From the NCBI GenBank assembly GCA_044220545.1, contig JBGAQX010000024.1, forward strand, positions 1,771 to 65,770: a stretch of 64,000 nt of DNA, written 5' to 3'. The notes beneath the pieces are model-generated. The model saw only the letters and a program-made list of their open reading frames with translations. It was not told the DNA's origin and did not search any database. This DNA comes from Rhodocyclaceae bacterium (GTDB lineage Bacteria > Pseudomonadota > Gammaproteobacteria > Burkholderiales > Rhodocyclaceae). Every line of letters starts with the position of its first letter. The stretch's first letter is position 1. Position numbers and translations under genes: made by a program. This document shows positions 45,626 to 52,854 of this stretch, in pieces.

Positions 45626-46261
45626 ATGAAAACCAGAATTCTTGCGGTGCTTGCGGCGACTCTGCTTGCCGGGTTCAGCGTCCCGACAACCGCGGCCGGG
45701 CACGGCGCACCAGCCGGCGGCAATGGTCCACTCCGGACCGTCGGCGCGGCCGTCTCGGTGGCGCCGCTCACCGCGGAGGAAGTCGACGACCTGCTGTGGA
45801 TGCGGGAAGAGGAGAAGATGGCCCGCGACGTCTATCTGGCGCTGTATGACATATGGCAGGATCGGATCTTCAACAACATCGCCAGGTCGGAGCAGCGGCA
45901 TTTCGACGCCATCGGGGTGAAGATCGCCTACTTCAACCTGACCGACCCCGCGCTGCCGGGTATCGGACTATTTGCCAACACCGAGCTGCAACTGCTCCAT
46001 GACTCGCTGCTGTCGACCGGCGGCCAGTCCTTCGTTCAGGCGCTCACGGCGGGTGCCCGGATCGAGGACAGGGACATCGCCGATCTGCTCGCCGCCATCG
46101 AAGCCACCACGAATCCGGCGCTGCGAAGCACCTACGGCAATCTGCTGGAGGGATCGAAGAATCACTTGCGCGCGTTCGTCGGCCGGCTTCGGGCGCTTGG
46201 CGAGGACTACACGCCGCAATACATCGATCCCGTGCTGTTCGATGCGATCGTCGGCGACTGA
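45626..46261 (+). CDS. DUF2202 (ferritin-like) periplasmic protein
   Basis: Signal peptide. LTAEEVDDLLWMREEEKMARDVY...ARSEQRHFDA and EGSKNHLRAF blocks are typical of DUF2202. Confidence 0.75.
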   Translation: MKTRILAVLAATLLAGFSVPTTAAGHGAPAGGNGPLRTVGAAVSVAPLTAEEVDDLLWMREEEKMARDVYLALYDIWQDRIFNNIARSEQRHFDAIGVKIAYFNLTDPALPGIGLFANTELQLLHDSLLSTGGQSFVQALTAGARIEDRDIADLLAAIEATTNPALRSTYGNLLEGSKNHLRAFVGRLRALGEDYTPQYIDPVLFDAIVGD

Positions 46262-46277
46262 CGATATCAAAGTCATG

Positions 46278-46308
46278 CGCGGCCGACGAACGGGTTGCAT
46301 CGGCCGCG
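46278..46308 (+). other. 9-bp-stem hairpin (CGCGGCCGA...TCGGCCGCG) after the DUF2202 gene; possible attenuator/terminator without a U-tract
   Basis: Seen directly. 13-nt loop, and the downstream sequence is not T-rich. Confidence 0.25.
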
Positions 46309-46349
46309 TCCGGAATATTCCGACAACCCTGACTTGGAGGAGATAACTC

Positions 46350-46715
46350 ATGTTCAGAACATCCCTCATGACAGCCGTCGTACTAGCGACCCTGAGCGTC
46401 GGCACCGTTGCCGCCCAGGATGCGACCCCGGCCTACGGCAGCCAGTTGATGACGCGCCAGGAGCGCTTCGAGTACCGGAACCAGATGCGCGCGCTCAAGA
46501 CCCAGGAGGAACGCAACGCGCTGAGGCTCGAGCACCACCAGCGGATGCAGGAGCGGGCGAAGGAGAAAGGACTGGTGCTGCCCGACACGCCGCCGAACCC
46601 AGGTGCCGGCATGGGGCCGGGCATGGGCGGCGGAATGGGTCCGGGTATGGGTGGCGGCATGGGTGGCGGCATGGGACCGGGCATGGGCGGTGGCATGGGT
46701 CGCGGGCGCCCTTAA
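46350..46715 (+). CDS. Periplasmic CpxP/Spy-like (LTxxQ-type) protein with a Met/Gly-rich repeat tail
   Basis: Signal peptide. LMTRQERFEYRNQM...TQEERNALRLEHHQRMQERA, then PGAGMGPGMGGGMGPGMGGGMGGGMGPGMGGGMGRGRP. Confidence 0.65.
   Translation: MFRTSLMTAVVLATLSVGTVAAQDATPAYGSQLMTRQERFEYRNQMRALKTQEERNALRLEHHQRMQERAKEKGLVLPDTPPNPGAGMGPGMGGGMGPGMGGGMGGGMGPGMGGGMGRGRP
46605..46700 (+). repeat. In-frame tandem GGC-ATG-GG(N) type repeats encoding (GMG[PG])n
   Basis: Seen directly: eight ATGGG units spaced 12 nt apart (a 9-nt step in one interval). Confidence 0.7.
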
Positions 46716-46720
46716 GACTC

Positions 46721-46748
46721 TGTTAATCCGCTGTTAAGGGGGTGTTAA
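46721..46748 (+). promoter_or_regulatory. Three direct TGTTAA repeats at exact 11-bp phasing upstream of the DUF1924 / cytochrome genes; candidate response-regulator box
   Basis: TGTTAA at 46721, 46732 and 46743, 53-80 nt upstream of ATG 46801 (AAGGAG ribosome-binding site at 46788-46793). Confidence 0.35.
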
Positions 46749-46800
46749 CCCAGCCCCCTCACACTTCGGTTCCATGTACACCGCAACAAGGAGCCGGAGC

Positions 46801-47205
46801 ATGAAGCACCTGATTCCCCTCGCACTGCTGGCCGCTTGCGGTCTCGCCGGCGCCGAGACACCCCGCCAGATTCAGGACGTCTACGCCGTCGAAGCCAGCC
46901 GCCAGCAGGCGGGGTTCAAACCCCTGGCCTCACGGGGCGCCGGGTTCTACGCCCGCAAGTTCGGCGCCTCCGAAACGATGCCCGGCTGCACCGCCTGCCA
47001 CACCGACGACCCGGCCCGGCCGGGCCGTCACGCGGTCACCGGCAAGGCCATCAAGCCGTTGCTGCCGGCCGCCAACGCCGATCGCTTCACCGATTCGGCC
47101 AAAGTGGAAAAGTGGTTCCGGCGCAACTGTACGGAGGTGGTGGGCCGCGAATGCGGCGCGGCCGAGAAAGCCGACTTCATCGCCTTTCTGACGGAGGGCC
47201 GCTGA
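46801..47205 (+). CDS. DUF1924 periplasmic c-type haem protein
   Basis: Signal peptide MKHLIPLALLAACGLAGA and a single CTACH haem-binding motif. Confidence 0.75.
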   Translation: MKHLIPLALLAACGLAGAETPRQIQDVYAVEASRQQAGFKPLASRGAGFYARKFGASETMPGCTACHTDDPARPGRHAVTGKAIKPLLPAANADRFTDSAKVEKWFRRNCTEVVGRECGAAEKADFIAFLTEGR

Positions 47206-47206
47206 C

Positions 47207-47695
47207 ATGCGCGTCCGCCTGTTGATTGTCGCGCTGGCGCTGGCGCCCCTGGCGGCGCTGGCCGATCGGATGCCGCTTCCCGCCGACGCGCCGCCCGCCT
47301 TCAAGGCCGAATGCGGCAGTTGTCACCTGGCCTTTCCGCCGGCATTGCTGCCCGCCGCCGACTGGAAGAAGGTGATGGCCGGCCTCGACAAGCACTATGG
47401 CGACAATGCCAGCCTCGACCCGAAGACGCGCGGGCAGATCGAAGACTTTTTGGTCAGGAACGCGGGCTCGACCTGGCGTATCGGCTTCGGCGCCGGCGAT
47501 CCACCGCGCCTGACCGCGACCAGCCGATTCCAGCGCAAGCACCATGAGATATCGCCCGCCGTCTGGCGGGACAAGCGGGTGGGCGGCCCGGCCAATTGCA
47601 TCGCCTGCCACCCGCGGGCCGAGGCCGGCGGCTTCAGCGAACACGAGGTCACCCTGCCCGGAGAACAAGGAGGGAAGCGCCGTGAGCGCCACTAG
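47207..47695 (+). CDS. Dihaem cytochrome c
   Basis: Signal peptide and two CxxCH motifs (CGSCH, CIACH). Starts 2 nt after the previous stop. Confidence 0.8.
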   Translation: MRVRLLIVALALAPLAALADRMPLPADAPPAFKAECGSCHLAFPPALLPAADWKKVMAGLDKHYGDNASLDPKTRGQIEDFLVRNAGSTWRIGFGAGDPPRLTATSRFQRKHHEISPAVWRDKRVGGPANCIACHPRAEAGGFSEHEVTLPGEQGGKRRERH

Positions 47696-48299
47696 CGACA
47701 GGATTCTCGTCTGGGATCTGCCGGTTCGGCTCGGCCACTGGCTGATGGCCGGCGGCTTTGCCCTGGCCTGGCTGACCGGCGACAGCGAGGAATGGCGGCT
47801 GGTCCATGTTCTTGCCGGCGGCACGGTGTTCGCGGTGGCGCTGTTTCGCCTGCTCTGGGGATTCGTCGGCAGTCGCCACGCCCGCTTCACCGAGTTCGTC
47901 AAACCGCCGCCGGCCGCCATCGACTACCTGAAGAGCCTGCTCGGACCGAAGCCCCGGCACTACACCGGCCACAACCCGGCCGGCGGCTGGGCCATCGTGC
48001 TGCTGCTCGGGCTGGCGCTGTTGGCTGGCGTCAGTGGCTGGCTGACCTACCAGGAAGTCGCTGGCGAATGGCTGGGCGAGCTGCACGAGGGCATCGCCGC
48101 CACCATGCTCGCCGTGGTCGGAGCGCACCTGCTCGGCGTGCTGGTCGGCAGCCTGGTCCACGGCGAGAACCTGCCGCGCGCCATGGTGACAGGCAGAAAG
48201 CCCGGTCCGGCCAGCGAGGCCATCGCCGGCGCCAGGCCCTCGATCGCCCTGTTCCTGGCCGCCTGGACGGCCACCTTGGCCTGGTGGCTTAGCCGCTAG
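47682..48299 (+). CDS. Cytochrome b (b561 / Ni-hydrogenase cytochrome-b-type) membrane protein
   Basis: GTG 47682 preceded by AAGGAGGGA. Begins RILVWDLPVRLGHWLMA..., has conserved His residues in four TM segments, and HNPAGGWA. Confidence 0.75.
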   Translation: MSATSDRILVWDLPVRLGHWLMAGGFALAWLTGDSEEWRLVHVLAGGTVFAVALFRLLWGFVGSRHARFTEFVKPPPAAIDYLKSLLGPKPRHYTGHNPAGGWAIVLLLGLALLAGVSGWLTYQEVAGEWLGELHEGIAATMLAVVGAHLLGVLVGSLVHGENLPRAMVTGRKPGPASEAIAGARPSIALFLAAWTATLAWWLSR

Positions 48300-48308
48300 A
48301 ATCGGCCC

Positions 48309-48980
48309 ATGCGCGTACTCCTGGTGGAAGACGATCCCCAACTCGGCGACGGCCTGATGGTCGGCCTGCGACAGGCCGGCTTCGCCGTCGACTGGGTCAA
48401 GGACGGCGTCGCCGCCGACCTGGCGCTGGCCGGCGAGCGCTTCGATCTGCTGGTGCTGGACCTCGGCCTGCCCCGGCTCTCGGGCATGGATCTGCTGCGG
48501 CGCCTGCGGGGCCGCGGCCAGACCCTGCCGGTGCTGATACTCACCGCCCGCGACGCGACCGCCGACAAGATCGCCGGGCTGGACAGCGGCGCCGACGACT
48601 ACCTGGTCAAACCCATCGACCTCGACGAGCTGGCCGCCCGCGTGCGCGCCCTGACCCGGCGCGCCGCCGGCCGCGCCCTGCCGCTGCTGTGCCACGGCCA
48701 GGTCGCGCTCGATCCCGCCAGCCATCGGGTCACCGTTGGTGGCGCGCCGGTGGAATTCTCGACGCGCGAGTTCGCCCTGCTGCAAGCCCTGCTGGAAAAT
48801 ACCGGCCGGGTGATGAGCCGCGCCCAACTGGAAGGCTCGATCTACGGCTGGCGCGACGAACCGGACAGCAATGCCCTCGAGGTGCATATCCACCATCTGC
48901 GCCGCAAACTGGGCGCGGACTTCATCAAGACGCTGCGCGGCGTCGGCTATGTGGTGGAAAAGCGGGAGACACCCACCTGA
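48309..48980 (+). CDS. OmpR/PhoB-family response regulator
   Basis: MRVLLVEDD...LLVLDLGLPRLSG, and winged-helix ...IKTLRGVGYVV. Confidence 0.9.
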   Translation: MRVLLVEDDPQLGDGLMVGLRQAGFAVDWVKDGVAADLALAGERFDLLVLDLGLPRLSGMDLLRRLRGRGQTLPVLILTARDATADKIAGLDSGADDYLVKPIDLDELAARVRALTRRAAGRALPLLCHGQVALDPASHRVTVGGAPVEFSTREFALLQALLENTGRVMSRAQLEGSIYGWRDEPDSNALEVHIHHLRRKLGADFIKTLRGVGYVVEKRETPT

Positions 48981-50107
48981 ACACCTCCGCCACCCTCTGG
49001 TTCTCGCTGCGCCGCCGGCTGTTGATGCTGCTGCTGGGCGGGGTCTCGGCTTGCTGGCTCGCCACGGTCGTCTGGAGCTACGTCGACGTGCACCACGAGA
49101 TCGACGAAATGTTCGAGGTCGAACACGTGCGGGCCCCGGAGAACGACGAGGAGCGCCACGAACTGGTCAATCGCATCGCCTGGCGCCTGATCGCACCGGC
49201 GCTGTTCGGCCTGCCGCTACTGGGCGCCTGGGTCTGGCTCGCCACGCGCCGGGCACTGCGACCGCTGGATGCCGTTGCCGCCCAGATCGCCACGCGCCAG
49301 CCGGAACGCCTGCACGCCCTGGCGCCTGCCAGCGCCCCGGAGGAAATCCGCCCCCTCGTCCAGGCCATCAACGATCTGTTCGGGCGCGTGGAAAAGGCTT
49401 TGGAATCCGAGCGCCGTTTCACGGCGGATGCCGCCCACGAACTGCGCACCCCGCTCGCCGCCCTGGCCACCCAGGCGCAGGTCGCCCTGCGCGCACGCGA
49501 TACCGAGGAGCGCCAGCACGCCATCGACCAGTTGATCGCCGGCAGCCGACGCGCCACCCGCCTGGTCGACCAGCTCCTGACCCTGGCCCGGCTCGACCCC
49601 GACTCGTCCCGGCCGGCCGACGCGGTGATGCTCGATCGACTGGCCGAGGAAGTCTGCGCCGCCCACGGCGGGCAGGCGCTGTTGAAGGACATCGCGCTGG
49701 AACTCGATGCCCAGCCCGCCACCATCACCGGCAACGCCGACATGCTGCGCGTCCTGCTGCGCAATCTGATCGACAACGCCCTGCGCTACACGCCGCCCGG
49801 CGGCCGGGTGACCGTCGTGGTCGAACCCGGCCGTCTATCGGTCACCGACAGCGGCCCGGGCATTCCGGCCGGGGAGCGCAACAAGGTCTTCGATCGTTTT
49901 CATCGCCTTGCCGGCCAGGACACCGAAGGCAGCGGCCTGGGCCTTTCCATCGTCGCCCGCATCGCCGAAATGCACGGCGCCGCCATCACCCTCGATGGCG
50001 ACGACCACGGTTCGGGCCTGCGGGTCGCCGTGAGCTTTCCGCCCGCGACGAACGGCGAAGACCGGGCCATCAAGCCGGCAACGGGCCAATGTGAAAACCA
50101 TTATTAA
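48977..50107 (+). CDS. QseC-like sensor histidine kinase; start codon uncertain (only CTG 48977, overlapping the response-regulator stop as CTGA, precedes the first TM)
   Basis: H-box ADAAHELRTPLAAL, N-box LIDNALRYTP, and G-boxes DSGPGIP, GSGLGLSIV. The next in-frame TTG/ATG (49022/49025) would remove the SLRRR N-terminus. Confidence 0.8.
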   Translation: MNTSATLWFSLRRRLLMLLLGGVSACWLATVVWSYVDVHHEIDEMFEVEHVRAPENDEERHELVNRIAWRLIAPALFGLPLLGAWVWLATRRALRPLDAVAAQIATRQPERLHALAPASAPEEIRPLVQAINDLFGRVEKALESERRFTADAAHELRTPLAALATQAQVALRARDTEERQHAIDQLIAGSRRATRLVDQLLTLARLDPDSSRPADAVMLDRLAEEVCAAHGGQALLKDIALELDAQPATITGNADMLRVLLRNLIDNALRYTPPGGRVTVVVEPGRLSVTDSGPGIPAGERNKVFDRFHRLAGQDTEGSGLGLSIVARIAEMHGAAITLDGDDHGSGLRVAVSFPPATNGEDRAIKPATGQCENHY

Positions 50108-50127
50108 CAAATTGCGCCTACTGTGGC

Positions 50128-50133
50128 TATAAT
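50128..50133 (+). promoter_or_regulatory. Consensus TATAAT -10 hexamer 9 nt upstream of the hipB copy 2 ATG (near-leaderless transcript predicted)
   Basis: Seen directly. No good -35 element found (TAACAA at 50105-50110). Confidence 0.3.
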
Positions 50134-50142
50134 GATTTCACC

Positions 50143-50451
50143 ATGCCAAGCAAGGCTCCCCTGCCCTTCCCGTCGGAAGCCAAACTGCTTGCCGAGTTCG
50201 GCGAACGGCTCCGGCTGGCTCGCCTGCGCCGACGCCTGACCACCACGACGGTCGCGGCACGTTGCGGCATATCGCGGCCGACCCTGGTGAAGGTCGAGCA
50301 TGGCGACCCCTCGGTGACCTTCGGCACCTATCTGCGCGTACTGGCGATCTATGGCCTCGAAGGCGACATGGGGGCCGTTGCCAACGACGACCTGCTCGGC
50401 CGTCGACTCCAGGATTTGCAACTGATGCCAGCCAGGAAGGGGTCGCGATGA
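50143..50451 (+). CDS. hipB: XRE-family HTH antitoxin (HipB-like), copy 2
   Basis: HTH LTTTTVAARCGISRPTLVKVEHGD. ATGA overlap with the downstream hipA. Confidence 0.8.
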   Translation: MPSKAPLPFPSEAKLLAEFGERLRLARLRRRLTTTTVAARCGISRPTLVKVEHGDPSVTFGTYLRVLAIYGLEGDMGAVANDDLLGRRLQDLQLMPARKGSR

Positions 50452-51698
50452 GCCGGGATCTTGAAGTCTGGCTGGATTGCGACCTGTGTTCTCGACAGCG
50501 ACTGGGCACGCTGTCACATGATCGCGGCCAGGTGCGCTTTGCCTACGACCGGGAGTGGCTCAGGCAGCAGGACATCGCCTTCGCCATCGACCCCCAACTG
50601 ACACTCGACGCCGCGCCATTCTTCCCCAAGCCGGATTCCGGCAATTTCGGCGTCTTCCTCGACTCCTCGCCCGATCGCTGGGGGCAGACGTTGATGCGGC
50701 GGCGGGAAGCACTGCTGGCGAAGGATGAAGGCCGCCGCGCCCGCACGCTCTACCCCTGGGATTTTCTGCTCGGCGTTCAGGACATCACCCGGCAGGGCGC
50801 CCTGCGTTTCCGCTTCGAGGATGCCGATACCTTTCTCGCCAATGAAGCGTGGGCGGCGCCGCCCGTGACCAGCCTGGCCGAGTTGGCGGCCATCGCGAAG
50901 GATTTGACGCGCAAGAACATCGACGACCTGGACAAGCTGAGAAACTGGCTGGCTGTCCTGGTCGCACCAGGCGCTTCCCTGGGCGGCGCGCGCCCAAAGG
51001 CCAACTTCCACGAAACGGACGGTTCGCTGTGGATCGCCAAGTTCCCGGCGCATGACGATGACCGCGACATCGGCGCTTGGGAAGGCGTGGCCTGGTGGCT
51101 GGCCGCCCAGGCGGGTATCGCGGTGGCCGAGGCCAAAGTAGTCACGCTCGGCGTGGGTGGGGGTCGAACCTTCTGTGTCCGCCGGTTTGATCGTGTCGCG
51201 GATCACCGACGCTTCTACGCCTCGGCGATGACCCTGTTGGCGAAGGACGTCAGCGAAGGCACCAGCTACCTGGAACTCGCTGAATTCATCCTCCGGCGCG
51301 GGGATCCGGGGTTCATCGGCCCGGACCTGGAGCAACTGTTCCGTCGCGTCGCCTTCAATGTCGCCATCGGCAACCGGGACGACCATTTGCGCAACCACGG
51401 CTTCCTGTTGGGACCGAAGGGCTGGCGGCTGGCGCCCGCTTTCGATGTGAACCCGAACATCGACAAGGCCGAGCATGTCCTCAATATCGATGACGTGGAC
51501 AACCGGCCGTCGCTGGAGACCGTGCTCTCGACCAGCGATTTCTACCGGATCACCCCGATGCGCGCGCGAGACATCGTCGCCGACGTCGTTAACACCGTCG
51601 CCGGCTGGCGGGCCGCCGCCACCCGGGCGTCGATCTCGCGCGCGGATATCGAGCTGATGGCGGTGGCGTTCAATGCCCACGCCGAATTCGCCGGGTAA
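50448..51698 (+). CDS. hipA: HipA-family kinase toxin, copy 2
   Basis: Start at ATG 50448 (MSRDLEVWLD). Contains LGGARPKANF, WIAKFP and catalytic NRDDHLRNHGF. Confidence 0.85.
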   Translation: MSRDLEVWLDCDLCSRQRLGTLSHDRGQVRFAYDREWLRQQDIAFAIDPQLTLDAAPFFPKPDSGNFGVFLDSSPDRWGQTLMRRREALLAKDEGRRARTLYPWDFLLGVQDITRQGALRFRFEDADTFLANEAWAAPPVTSLAELAAIAKDLTRKNIDDLDKLRNWLAVLVAPGASLGGARPKANFHETDGSLWIAKFPAHDDDRDIGAWEGVAWWLAAQAGIAVAEAKVVTLGVGGGRTFCVRRFDRVADHRRFYASAMTLLAKDVSEGTSYLELAEFILRRGDPGFIGPDLEQLFRRVAFNVAIGNRDDHLRNHGFLLGPKGWRLAPAFDVNPNIDKAEHVLNIDDVDNRPSLETVLSTSDFYRITPMRARDIVADVVNTVAGWRAAATRASISRADIELMAVAFNAHAEFAG

Positions 51699-51718
51699 CT
51701 GGCCCGGCGGAAGCCGCC

Positions 51719-52786
51719 TCAGCCGTGCGCCAGCGCCAGGCGACGTTTGCGCACCGCTTCGGCCAGCAGGTCGAGCACCGTCACGGTGTCTTCCCAGCCG
51801 ATGCAGGCGTCGGTGATGGAGACGCCGTGGTCGAGCGCCATGCCGGGCTTGAGGTCCTGGCGCCCCTCTTTCAGGTGCGACTCGACCATGATGCCGAAGA
51901 TGCGGTCCTCGCCGGCGGCCAACTGGCCGCCGATGTCGCGGGCGACGTCGATCTGCTTCTTGTAGTCCTTGCGGCTGTTGGCATGGGAAAAGTCGACCAT
52001 CACCCGCGCGGCGAGGCCCGACTTGCCCAGTTCGACGCAGGCCGCGTCGACGCTGGCCGCATCGTAGTTGGTGTGCTTGCCGCCGCGCAGGATGACGTGG
52101 CAGTCCTCGTTGCCGTTGGTGGACACGATGGCCGAATGGCCCGCCTTGGTCACCGACAGAAAGTGGTGCGTCGCGGCGGCGGCCTTGATGGCATCCACCG
52201 CGATCTTGATGTTGCCGTCGGTGCCGTTCTTGAAACCGACCGGGCAGGACAGGCCCGACGCGAGTTCGCGGTGCACCTGCGATTCGGTGGTGCGGGCGCC
52301 GATGGCGCCCCAACTGATCAGGTCGGCCGTGTATTGCGGGGTGATGGTGTCGAGAAACTCGGTGGCACAAGGCAGGCCGAGTTCGTTGATCTCCCACAGC
52401 AGCTTGCGCGCCAGGCGCAGGCCGTCGTTGATCTTGTAACTGCCATCGAGGCGCGGGTCGTTGATCAGGCCCTTCCAGCCGACCGTGGTGCGCGGCTTCT
52501 CGAAATAGACGCGCATGACGATCTGCAAGTCGGCGCCGAGCCGCTCGCGCTCCGCGCGCAGCCGGCGCGCATACTCCATCGCCGCCTCGTAGTCGTGGAT
52601 GGAACAGGGCCCAACCACCACCAGCAACCGATCATCGGAGCCGTGCAGGATGCGGTGGATCGCCGCGCGCGCCTCGAAGGTCGCCGTCGCCGCCGGCTCA
52701 CTGGCCGGAAACTCGCGCAGCAGATGCGCGGGCGGCGAAAGTTCCTTGATTTCCTTGATGCGGACGTCGTCGACGATGTGTTTCAT
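51719..52786 (-). CDS. aroG: Class I 3-deoxy-7-phosphoheptulonate (DAHP) synthase
   Basis: 355 aa. LLVVVGPCSIHD, KPRTTVGWKGLINDP and GLSCPVGFKNGTDG motifs. The isozyme (G/F/H) is not resolvable by eye. Confidence 0.9.
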   Translation of the reverse strand: MKHIVDDVRIKEIKELSPPAHLLREFPASEPAATATFEARAAIHRILHGSDDRLLVVVGPCSIHDYEAAMEYARRLRAERERLGADLQIVMRVYFEKPRTTVGWKGLINDPRLDGSYKINDGLRLARKLLWEINELGLPCATEFLDTITPQYTADLISWGAIGARTTESQVHRELASGLSCPVGFKNGTDGNIKIAVDAIKAAAATHHFLSVTKAGHSAIVSTNGNEDCHVILRGGKHTNYDAASVDAACVELGKSGLAARVMVDFSHANSRKDYKKQIDVARDIGGQLAAGEDRIFGIMVESHLKEGRQDLKPGMALDHGVSITDACIGWEDTVTVLDLLAEAVRKRRLALAHG

Positions 52787-52854
52787 GGCATGGGCCCACG
52801 GCTGGATGGCAAGGGCCGGATTCTATCGCAACGCAACATGCGCCTCGCGATGGA

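Noticed and set aside
46605-46700. Short periodic repeats as a possible CRISPR array (also 56215-56280 and 2753-2960)
   Set aside because: The periods are 6-12 nt or 69 nt without unique spacers. All lie in frame inside coding sequences, and no cas genes are present.
48689-48976. N-terminal extension of the second histidine kinase back to 48689
   Set aside because: The extension is an alternative frame of the response-regulator gene and is Arg/Pro/Gly-rich. The kinase-like sequence only begins at about 48977.
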